Of a DNA stretch of 38,441 nt, positions 1-7,158 are shown piece after piece. The notes beneath the pieces were generated by a model. That model was not told the DNA's origin and did no database searches. It saw only the letters and a list, made by a program, of their open reading frames with translations. The translations under genes and the position numbers were made by a program. How positions within the stretch are numbered: the first letter of the stretch is position 1; every line of letters begins with the position of its first letter. Source of the stretch: a virus; the IMG/VR virus record IMGVR_UViG_3300045243_000029, positions 1 to 38,441 of that record; one strand, 5' to 3'.

Positions 1-127
1 GTCAGGAAATGATGGCGGATATGTGCTATATGGGCACGCGACTGGCCGAACGGGGCTGGAACGTAGTCTATGGCGGGTCGGGCAAGGGCGTAATGGGAGC
101 TGTAGCGGCCGGTGTCGTGGCGGTCGG
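1..127. repeat. Terminal overlap, left copy: bases 1-127 are identical to 38315-38441
   Basis: Read directly: gtcaggaaatgatggcggatatgtgc...gtcgtggcggtcgg occurs at both window ends. It lies inside a coding sequence. Confidence 0.95.
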
Positions 128-497
128 GGGCAAGGCAGTTGGGGTTCTGCCGGCTAAGATTCATGCCCTGGGATATCATCGGGAACAGTTCGATATCGAA
201 GTTGTAGAGGACATGGTCCAGCGCAAGGCTAGATTCTGGTCATGTGATGCATTCCTGTGCCTGCCTGGTGGGGTCGGTACCATGGACGAGCTGTTCGAGA
301 TTTGGACCCTTATCAAGCTCGGGTATGCGCCGCGCCGGCCTATTGTGGTCTTCAACTGGAAGGGCTTTTACAACCCGTTGAAGGAACAGCTCTTTAACAT
401 GAACAGATACGGGACGATGCCGATGGACCGGGTAGACATGGCCCAGTTCACGGACAATCTGGAACTGGCGGTTACGCTCCTGGGAGATGCAGAATGA
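1..497 (+). CDS. LOG-family protein (nucleotide 5'-monophosphate phosphoribohydrolase type), 3' part. The ORF continues from ATG 38275 across the junction, 178 aa in total.
   Basis: Contains VYGGSGKGVMG and the LOG signature PGGVGTMDELFE (PGGxGTxxE). The frame is continuous with 38275-38314. Stop TGA at 495-497. Confidence 0.85.
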   Translation, partial: QEMMADMCYMGTRLAERGWNVVYGGSGKGVMGAVAAGVVAVGGKAVGVLPAKIHALGYHREQFDIEVVEDMVQRKARFWSCDAFLCLPGGVGTMDELFEIWTLIKLGYAPRRPIVVFNWKGFYNPLKEQLFNMNRYGTMPMDRVDMAQFTDNLELAVTLLGDAE

Positions 498-691
498 AAA
501 AGGACGGGTATATATTTTGGTGTTCCAAGTGCAAGGCTGAGCATGCCGGGGAGTGCAACACATTACAAAACGACATTGACAATCTCTGTAAGCAAATAGC
601 AGAGAACATGGAACGCGCTTCCTGGCCAAGAATTTACTATTATGTCCCTGGATACAACGCCATTATTAAGATTGACGACGATGGCAAGTGA
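494..691 (+). CDS. Small Cys-rich hypothetical protein (65 aa)
   Basis: ATGA start/stop overlap with the LOG gene. Cys cluster WCSKCKAEHAGEC suggests a zinc-ribbon-like fold. Confidence 0.6.
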   Translation: MKKDGYIFWCSKCKAEHAGECNTLQNDIDNLCKQIAENMERASWPRIYYYVPGYNAIIKIDDDGK

Positions 692-1163
692 CCTGGCCCG
701 CAAGGCCGCGGAGATTGCCAGCCATGACGTCGGCATCCGGGAACAGGGACAGAATGACGGGCCCCGTATCCGGCAGTACATGTATACGGTAGGTATCCGG
801 CCGCCGCTACCGTACTGCGCGGCTGCTGTCAGTACCTGGATTCACGAGGCTGCTCAGGAACTGGACATGCCAGAAGATCCGCAGTTCATGCCCAGTGCCA
901 GCGCCTTGCGGATGCTGGCCAAGAATACAAAGCTAGCCTTTGAACCGGAGACGCTAACCCCTGATATGATACCGTGCATTTTTATTCTGAACCATGACGG
1001 TATCCATGGGCACGCTGGTCTTATAGTCGGAATGAACGATACTGGTGGGCTGCAAACCATAGAAGCTAATACCAATGCTGACGGAAGTCGCGAAGGTGAC
1101 GGAGTCTATGCTAAGGCGATTAGAAACATTAATCAACTAGCTGGATGCATTAGAATTCAATGA
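642..1163 (+). CDS. CHAP/NlpC-P60-type peptidoglycan hydrolase (endolysin candidate)
   Basis: Catalytic layout: Cys in PLPYCAAAVSTW, His in IHGHAGLIVG, then TIEANTN. An alternative start is ATG 681, which overlaps the upstream stop. Confidence 0.8.
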   Translation: MSLDTTPLLRLTTMASDLARKAAEIASHDVGIREQGQNDGPRIRQYMYTVGIRPPLPYCAAAVSTWIHEAAQELDMPEDPQFMPSASALRMLAKNTKLAFEPETLTPDMIPCIFILNHDGIHGHAGLIVGMNDTGGLQTIEANTNADGSREGDGVYAKAIRNINQLAGCIRIQ

Positions 1164-1729
1164 CGTTTCATGGATGGAAGCCAACCAGAGAGACAGCGCT
1201 GGTCGGAGCCGCTGCGCGTAAGAGAATTTCCAGGGAGCGGGCTGACTCTATAGTTATGTCACAGGAGAAGGCATGCGCCAACTGTCTGCTAACCAAGCCA
1301 TTTGCTGAGTTCCCGGTTAGGTACAGGGCACAATTGACTGGCCGGCACAGTTGGTGCGGTTCTTGCACTGCTAAAAAGGGAAGAACCGCAAAACTAAGGA
1401 ATTTCTATAATCTAACAGATCAAGATTATGAAACAATCCTGTCTTTTCAGGGTGGAGTCTGCGCTATTTGCAGGCGGCCCCCGGTAAGCAAGAGACATGC
1501 CGTTGACCATGACCATAAGACAGGTCTAATTAGGGGACTTTGCTGCGCAAAATGCAATAGAATCATAGGCTCTCTACGCGATAGCCCTGTACTGGCTATG
1601 GCCTGTGCGGAGTTTTTGCGGAACCCCACTGCCACTACCGCACTGGGAGCGCCTAGGTATGGCATTAAAGGCCGAACTAGCAACAAAGCTGCCACCAGAA
1701 AAAGGCTGAATAAAGTAGTTGCACCGTGA
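1160..1729 (+). CDS. Recombination endonuclease VII family protein (free-standing homing-endonuclease-like)
   Basis: Core GGVCAICRRP...AVDHDHKTGLIRGLCCAKCNRIIG is typical of Endo VII. ATGA overlap with the endolysin stop. Visibly AT-richer than its neighbours. Confidence 0.85.
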   Translation: MTFHGWKPTRETALVGAAARKRISRERADSIVMSQEKACANCLLTKPFAEFPVRYRAQLTGRHSWCGSCTAKKGRTAKLRNFYNLTDQDYETILSFQGGVCAICRRPPVSKRHAVDHDHKTGLIRGLCCAKCNRIIGSLRDSPVLAMACAEFLRNPTATTALGAPRYGIKGRTSNKAATRKRLNKVVAP

Positions 1730-1767
1730 TTCAGGACGCGGTCAGATACTTATCGGGAGGCTAGAAC

Positions 1768-2478
1768 ATGACCAGAGACGAAATTCTGACGAAGGTAAAG
1801 AACGGTGAATCACTGCGCGGCGCGGACCTGCGCGGCGCGGACCTGAGCGGCGCGTACCTGCGCGGCGCGTACCTGCGCGGCGCGTACCTGCGCTACGCGT
1901 ACCTGAGCGGCGCGGACCTGAGCTGCGCGGACCTGGGCTACGCGAACCTGGGCGGCGCGAACCTGAGCGGCGCGGACCTGGGCTACGCGAACCTGCGCAG
2001 CGCGAACCTGCGCAGCGCGAACCTGCGCAGCGCGGACCTGGGCGGCGCGAACCTGCGCGGCGCGAACCTGAGCGGCGCGAACCTGAGCGGCGCGAACCTG
2101 AGCGGCGCGAACCTGAGCGGCGCGAACCTGAGTAATCTTAAGCCAGGGTCAGAGCTTGCTCTTATCCGCACATTAATCGTACCTCAGACTGGACCAGTTA
2201 TTGGCTGGAAAAAGTGTAGAAACGGCGTGATTGTAAAGCTTCAAATCGGCGCTGATACGCCCAGACATAACGCGCATGGGCGCAAGTGCCGAGCTAAGTC
2301 GGCTAAGGTTCTTGCCGTGTACGGCGCTAAGGCCGGGGTGTCAACTTGGCGGGAAGATGTATTTTATAGAAAGGGCAAGACCGTAACCTGCCACCTATGG
2401 GACCCGAACCGCTGGAATGAGTGCAGCGGCGGTATCCACTTTTTCATTACCCGAGAAGAAGCCGAAGCGTATGAGTAG
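1768..2478 (+). CDS. Pentapeptide-repeat protein 1 with a conserved C-terminal domain (236 aa)
   Basis: 21 consecutive A(D/N/Y)LxG-type pentapeptides, then [13 protein letters not shown]...[21 protein letters not shown] lies upstream of the ATG. Confidence 0.9.
   Translation: MTRDEILTKVKNGESLRGADLRGADLSGAYLRGAYLRGAYLRYAYLSGADLSCADLGYANLGGANLSGADLGYANLRSANLRSANLRSADLGGANLRGANLSGANLSGANLSGANLSGANLSNLKPGSELALIRTLIVPQTGPVIGWKKCRNGVIVKLQIGADTPRHNAHGRKCRAKSAKVLAVYGAKAGVSTWREDVFYRKGKTVTCHLWDPNRWNECSGGIHFFITREEAEAYE
1813..2127 (+). repeat. 21 tandem 15-bp units (CTG NGC NGC GCG NAC) encoding the pentapeptide repeats
   Basis: Read directly. Every unit uses CTG for Leu and GCG for Ala, and third codon positions are invariant. 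Confidence 0.95.
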
Positions 2479-2549
2479 CTTCCCGGACCCGGCCGACATA
2501 GAAGCCGATTACATGGACGAATTACAGGAACAGGAAAGGGAACAGGACT

Positions 2550-2837
2550 ATGACGACTTCGGCGACGACCAGGACTGACCTTACCGATAAGCAGCTCAAG
2601 ATGGCCCTTGGCGCGCTTGTCCGGGCCTGTTACTGGGGCAGCACGCCGCTTATCCGCATCTGGTACGCCCTGCAACAGACCGGCCTGACGCTGCTACAGA
2701 CGCAACAGTTCATTGTCCAGTGCCTGGACGCCAAGGTGCTCGAGTCGCACCGGCTCGGCGCGTGGCTGAGCATGACAGGGGCAGGCCGGCAGTTTTACCG
2801 GGACTTCGACAGCATTAGAAGCCTGGCTTCCGCGTAG
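2550..2837 (+). CDS. Hypothetical protein (95 aa), last gene of the plus-strand arm
   Basis: ORF with an ATG start. Its 3' end overlaps the 3' end of the convergent minus-strand gene by 23 nt. Confidence 0.55.
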   Translation: MTTSATTRTDLTDKQLKMALGALVRACYWGSTPLIRIWYALQQTGLTLLQTQQFIVQCLDAKVLESHRLGAWLSMTGAGRQFYRDFDSIRSLASA

Positions 2838-3123
2838 CTAAGTCAAGTATACGGCCGCACATAGCATCAGCCTGGTCCTGTGGTATGCCGTTCTGTACCA
2901 TCCAGGCACTGGCTTGGCGTATACCGTAGACGGCGCCAGCGTCAAAGGCTTGTCGGTTCATTTGAGCCTCGTCCCAAACCTGACTAGCCCTGCCACAGTA
3001 AAAGCAGCGCGGCGCCGTGTCAGCTTCTTGACTGACAGGCGCCGCGAACAGTGTCGGTTCTGTGTCGGACGGGTCTAGATCTTGAGTCGGCAGCGCCCCA
3101 TGATTAGGGGATAACCTGGTCAT
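2815..3123 (-). CDS. Hypothetical protein (102 aa), last gene of the minus-strand arm
   Basis: ORF whose start overlaps the end of the upstream lipoprotein gene by 20 nt (3104-3123). TAA stop. Confidence 0.6.
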   Translation of the reverse strand: MTRLSPNHGALPTQDLDPSDTEPTLFAAPVSQEADTAPRCFYCGRASQVWDEAQMNRQAFDAGAVYGIRQASAWMVQNGIPQDQADAMCGRILDLATRKPGF

Positions 3124-3391
3124 GGATCAGTGCCAGGGTGCAGGTAAGGACTTCGGACGTCACCGGGTCTAGTACGTTTGTTTGAACGCACTGATTAGCC
3201 CCTGCATCGGTCGTTTCCATGCACTGAATGGACGCCAGGACCTGGGGAAGAATCTTCTTAGCCTCAGCCTTGACTGTATCCGTAGCGCAAGCCGTAACGG
3301 CCTGTCTCAGGTCCTGGTGAGCACAGGATCCGAGCAGCAGCAGCCCGCCAAGGAAGGATACGAGCAGGACGTTGCGGAACAGTCTAAGCAT
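3104..3391 (-). CDS. Predicted lipoprotein (95 aa); o-spanin or surface-exclusion lipoprotein candidate
   Basis: Signal peptide MLRLFRNVLLVSFLGGLLLLGS followed by Cys (lipobox-like LGSC). The mature part has several Cys. Confidence 0.7.
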   Translation of the reverse strand: MLRLFRNVLLVSFLGGLLLLGSCAHQDLRQAVTACATDTVKAEAKKILPQVLASIQCMETTDAGANQCVQTNVLDPVTSEVLTCTLALIHDQVIP

Positions 3392-3653
3392 TGGGCTTGT
3401 CCTTTTTCTTGAGCATCACAGACGCGATATTAGCCGTGACGGCGTCACCCTTGATTCCGACGGCAGCCGCTAGGGCAAGCCCTGCACGCACGGCGTCCAC
3501 CACCGGAAGCCCGATACCAGGAATCAGTAGCGTGGCAGGAATAAAGGACCCGACGGCAACGGTCCCGACAGAAACAGCGACGGTCAAAGCAGTATGCAAC
3601 CAGTTTGGCACGGGATTACCTCTTGAATATAATGTGTAGGACAATGGCGGCAA
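3384..3653 (-). CDS. Holin candidate (89 aa, two predicted TM segments, charged C-terminus)
   Basis: Hydrophobic stretches WLHTALTVAVSVGTVAVGSFI and LLIPGIGLPVVDAVRAGLALAAAV, with C-terminal KKKDKPNA. Confidence 0.6.
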   Translation of the reverse strand: MPPLSYTLYSRGNPVPNWLHTALTVAVSVGTVAVGSFIPATLLIPGIGLPVVDAVRAGLALAAAVGIKGDAVTANIASVMLKKKDKPNA

Positions 3654-3798
3654 TAACAGACGCCAGAACAGTACCCGTCAAGCCCTGTAGCGAGCGGATA
3701 CCGGACTTAACGGCCTTGAATTCGGTTTCAATCACGAGAACACGGTCCCCGAGCTTTTTCAGCTCTTCGGCTAGTTTGTTCGGCGCCGTTCCTGCCAT
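3616..3798 (-). CDS. Small membrane-anchored protein (60 aa, C-terminal TM)
   Basis: Charged helix NKLAEELKKLGDRV, then LTGTVLASVIAAIVLHIIF-KR. Sits in the lysis-type cluster. Confidence 0.6.
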   Translation of the reverse strand: MAGTAPNKLAEELKKLGDRVLVIETEFKAVKSGIRSLQGLTGTVLASVIAAIVLHIIFKR

Positions 3799-3800
3799 GA

Positions 3801-3983
3801 CTAGCTACCGTCACAGTGAACGCCCGCGCGCAGTTCCAGAATCTTTAGGTTATACGCAGCTTGGGTCTTCATGGCGTCTAACTCTCTGTCGCTGTCCCGG
3901 TGCTGTGACAGCCTGTGACCTGCGTAGGTACCGACACAGATAAGATACAGGACGACGCAGTAGCGAACAACGGTTCTAATCAT
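3801..3983 (-). CDS. Small membrane protein (60 aa, N-terminal TM); i-spanin-like or antiholin candidate
   Basis: N-terminal VVRYCVVLYLICVGTYAG followed by a charged helical tail. Confidence 0.6.
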   Translation of the reverse strand: MIRTVVRYCVVLYLICVGTYAGHRLSQHRDSDRELDAMKTQAAYNLKILELRAGVHCDGS

Positions 3984-4131
3984 TGCCTAGTTCCTCCAAT
4001 AGCCGTGACATCCACGGACGGTTACGAGGGTCTAGTATATCATGCCCAGGCTGTGTATCAGGGCCGTTGTGGTAGCTGCCCCGGAATTGTCCTAGGTAAC
4101 TGGACTGGACGGAACTGCAAAAGCCAGCCAT
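3976..4131 (-). CDS. Unlisted small ORF (51 aa, MAGFCSSVQSSYLGQFRG...)
   Basis: Hand-translated. Its ATG shares the TAATG junction with the stop of 4131-4331, and its TAG overlaps the ATG of 3801-3983 by 8 nt. It fills an otherwise empty 147-nt gap in the operon. Confidence 0.4.
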   Translation of the reverse strand: MAGFCSSVQSSYLGQFRGSYHNGPDTQPGHDILDPRNRPWMSRLLEELGND

Positions 4132-4331
4132 TACGCAGTCCTTTGCCACATACGTACTACGATGTACGGGGGCAGGTTGTTATGGGCCAGTCCGCCGCCA
4201 GTGCTGGCCGGCTGAATTGCCGCCGCTCGAGCTGACCCGCCCGTAGCAGTGCTGGCCATTACGTTAGTGCCGGTCGTGGCTGCGGTAGTACCTCCCTGGA
4301 TATTGAGCGCGTGCGTGTGACCAGGAATCAT
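4131..4331 (-). CDS. Short tail-fibre-related protein (66 aa) resembling the segment C-terminal to phage tail-collar domains
   Basis: GHTH...GGGLAHNNLPPYIVV pattern. ATGA overlap with the upstream gene. Confidence 0.6.
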   Translation of the reverse strand: MIPGHTHALNIQGGTTAATTGTNVMASTATGGSARAAAIQPASTGGGLAHNNLPPYIVVRMWQRTA

Positions 4332-4702
4332 AGGTAGTAGCCCCAGGTAATGAACTGTACGACAGCCGTACCGGACGCCAGGGCCGTCCCTACCGTCAAG
4401 GATAGGGCCCCGGTCAGTGGGGTTTGTGGAAGGGTCGGCACTCCCACGGCAATAATATTGCCTGGAGTGACCAGAACGGCAGCCGCGAGGGACGCGGACG
4501 CCGCGACGGCAGTAGCTAGCGAGCCGGTAAGAATTGCAGTCCCGACCGGAGACGATGCTGAGATGAGCTTACAGGTGATTTGCTGGACGACGAATCCGCG
4601 ACCGTTCGAGTCCGGTACAAGTTGAGCAACGGCGCTAACCGTTTGCAGCGCAAGCGTGTCACTGAGAAAGTATTGGGTCCTATTTGCTCTAGTGCTGGCC
4701 AT
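4328..4702 (-). CDS. Hypothetical virion/tail-associated protein (124 aa)
   Basis: ORF coupled by TAATG to the tailspike stop. Ala/Thr/Ser-rich. Confidence 0.65.
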   Translation of the reverse strand: MASTRANRTQYFLSDTLALQTVSAVAQLVPDSNGRGFVVQQITCKLISASSPVGTAILTGSLATAVAASASLAAAVLVTPGNIIAVGVPTLPQTPLTGALSLTVGTALASGTAVVQFITWGYYL

Positions 4703-7155
4703 TACTCGTCCACGTAGGCGCCACCGTTAATACTGACCTGAAAGGTGCCTGTCAGGTTGTTATAGATCCTGGTAGCCTTATTAGCGGCTGATAGCACGGC
4801 AGATTGCCCGTCGGCAAAGTCAACGGCGCCGATCTTAGTGTCGCCGGTAAAGCCAACACCTACCCCGCCATGACCGTAGAACTTTTGTGCTTCCATAGTT
4901 CCGGACGTTCCGGCGGGAAGGTACAGCGCCTGGTGACGGACAGTCCCGACAAGTTCTGCGAAGTCATTGGCATTAACCGTGGAAGGAACGTAAAAGGCCG
5001 TCATCCCCCACATATAGACCGTGGCGTTAGTCGGGACGCCTACGTCAATGATATAGCTTGGGGTAGTGCTGCCAGTGGCAGAAACAGTGCGGTAAGCTGA
5101 CACGAACTGCCACCCGGCAGCGTTGTACGGCACCGGGATAGAATCGCCCTCAGAGAAGGTCAGGCCGTTAGAGGGAATGAGCCGGAAAAGCTCAGTCGAG
5201 ATCATGCCCGCCGGGGCGTCAAAATTCATCCAGCCGCAAATTACTAGACGGCCACCGACAGTCCAGGTATTGCCATCGGCGCCGTTAGGCTTGATCTGGG
5301 TATACTCGTAAAGAGTAGTCGTACTCTTGGCGGCCGTAGTAGTGCCGTCCGGCGCTGTCTCGCCAGTGGTCGTAATGGTAGTGTGAGCGCCGCCAATCCA
5401 GCTACCAGGAGCTGACATGACGTTCTGAAACCGCGCCGCAACTGGGCCGAAAGCACGGGGGCTACCCGGATGCTTTCCGGTGATGCGCCCGTCAGCCCAT
5501 TGCGTAATTTGGCCGTACTGCCAAGGACTGGGGTTGACGGCGCCGCCACTGGCCCACAAAGAAGGGGTATCCCAACGGTCGCCAGCTAGACCCGGAGCAG
5601 TTACCTTGCCGCACCGTAGAATCTCAATCCCGCTAGGTAGCAGACCGGTTACGGTTACGCTGTCGGTGGCAGTAGAAGCGTCGGCATTGTTTACGTTCTC
5701 GCAGTAGATGCTGCAAGAGCTGTTCCCGAGCATGGCTACTGCCGGTAGGTTCAGGGCGATGAAGTTAGATTCGATTACAGCGTACTTGACAGACGTCTGG
5801 CCGTTCCCGCTAGACGGTACGCGGGTACGGATAGAGCCGTTAGTGCCGTATACGTTTGTAGCCCGCACTGAACCGTTACCGGTCTGACCAGGGAAGCAAA
5901 AGACGGCCGCCATACGGTCCTCATCGCGCGGACCGGTACCGTCGCCTACGTAGCCCTCGAACCAGCAGCCGTCTAGCCAGGTCGGATTAGCGTTGTTATG
6001 GCCAATCCAGTAGCTAGGGCCGGAGAATGAATTAGTCTGGTTATTGATAGCGTCGGCGCAGTTGTGAAACTCGATCTGGTTAGACCCGGCCCCTCGAGCC
6101 TCGATATGCGCCAGCGTGCCAGGGTTATTGACGTTCTGGTTACCGTCACCAAACACATCCAGAACCGTAATGGTGTCGACCGTGAAGGCCGTAACCTTGT
6201 ACTGCGTAGATACAAAGTGGGAACTAGAAGACGTTAGAACCAGATATTCGCCGTCATTACCGTCTGCCAGGGTGCCGCCACAGGAGTGTGACTGTACGGT
6301 GCCGATGTTAGCGGTAGGGGCCTGGTCGGCTGCCGTCTCAGCATACTTGATCGTATACGTAGCCTGAGCACCAGGATTACCGTCCACGTCAGTTAGGGTA
6401 TAGTTACCGCTAGCGAAGTTAACGTTAGTGCTAGTGACCTTTACAATCTGGTTCACGCGCCAGGGCGGCCACTTCACTCCCGGGTTAGTAACGGTTAGGG
6501 TGGTGACGTTCGAGGTACGGCTAGCGCTGGCAATACCAAGCCCGGTAGGAAGCGTGACGGTATAGACAGTGCTGGTTCCGGTCCTGGTAGCATTGGTGAC
6601 GGTCAGGTTCAGTACGGTACCGTCCGTCTTGCGGTCGAAGTCAGCGCCGACCATGGCAAAGACCTGCTGCGACCCGCCGAGTTGCATCGACTCAAACCGC
6701 ATTGGGTTATTGCTGCCAACCACCCAAATGCCAGGATTGGTCCTGCCGCCGCCGCCGGTGAACGTCGCCGGCACTGGCCGTTCAAAGGCACGGAATGTGG
6801 ACTTACCGTATCCTTGAATCAGCAGCGGCACGGACGCTAGAAATCCTGGCCGGGCCAGCCCGTCACCTTGAAACCATAGTCCTTGTCCTGACACGGGACC
6901 GCTGACGGAACAGCCCTCGACATAGTTAAGCGTACCGCCGCCGGCAGTAATCAGGACATTGGCAGCAGCGTAAAGGGTCTGCTTAGCCGTAAGCCAGCCT
7001 AGTCCGTCGTGGGAGTCGTTACCGTCTGGGCTAACAAACTGAATAGCATTGTTAACCAGCGATGTGCCGAGGCTAAGCGTGCCAGCAGTATTGATCAGCG
7101 GATAGTCAGCGATGATGCTGGATCCGCCTCCGCCAGGTGATGGAAAGACAGGCAT
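4702..7155 (-). CDS. Tailspike / right-handed beta-helix protein (817 aa); depolymerase candidate
   Basis: N-terminal FVSPDGNDSHDGLGWLTAKQTLYAAA is typical of parallel beta-helix (DUF1565/pectate-lyase-like) proteins. Long Gly/Thr/Asn-rich beta-type sequence. Confidence 0.8.
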   Translation of the reverse strand: MPVFPSPGGGGSSIIADYPLINTAGTLSLGTSLVNNAIQFVSPDGNDSHDGLGWLTAKQTLYAAANVLITAGGGTLNYVEGCSVSGPVSGQGLWFQGDGLARPGFLASVPLLIQGYGKSTFRAFERPVPATFTGGGGRTNPGIWVVGSNNPMRFESMQLGGSQQVFAMVGADFDRKTDGTVLNLTVTNATRTGTSTVYTVTLPTGLGIASASRTSNVTTLTVTNPGVKWPPWRVNQIVKVTSTNVNFASGNYTLTDVDGNPGAQATYTIKYAETAADQAPTANIGTVQSHSCGGTLADGNDGEYLVLTSSSSHFVSTQYKVTAFTVDTITVLDVFGDGNQNVNNPGTLAHIEARGAGSNQIEFHNCADAINNQTNSFSGPSYWIGHNNANPTWLDGCWFEGYVGDGTGPRDEDRMAAVFCFPGQTGNGSVRATNVYGTNGSIRTRVPSSGNGQTSVKYAVIESNFIALNLPAVAMLGNSSCSIYCENVNNADASTATDSVTVTGLLPSGIEILRCGKVTAPGLAGDRWDTPSLWASGGAVNPSPWQYGQITQWADGRITGKHPGSPRAFGPVAARFQNVMSAPGSWIGGAHTTITTTGETAPDGTTTAAKSTTTLYEYTQIKPNGADGNTWTVGGRLVICGWMNFDAPAGMISTELFRLIPSNGLTFSEGDSIPVPYNAAGWQFVSAYRTVSATGSTTPSYIIDVGVPTNATVYMWGMTAFYVPSTVNANDFAELVGTVRHQALYLPAGTSGTMEAQKFYGHGGVGVGFTGDTKIGAVDFADGQSAVLSAANKATRIYNNLTGTFQVSINGGAYVDE

Positions 7156-7158
7156 GGG

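Noticed and set aside
1813-2127. A regular 15-bp periodic array, with its twin at 34386-34820, could be taken for a CRISPR array or a non-coding satellite.
   Set aside because: There are no spacers. The period is exactly five codons, and the arrays sit in frame inside long ORFs with clear N- and C-terminal non-repeat domains. They encode pentapeptide repeats.
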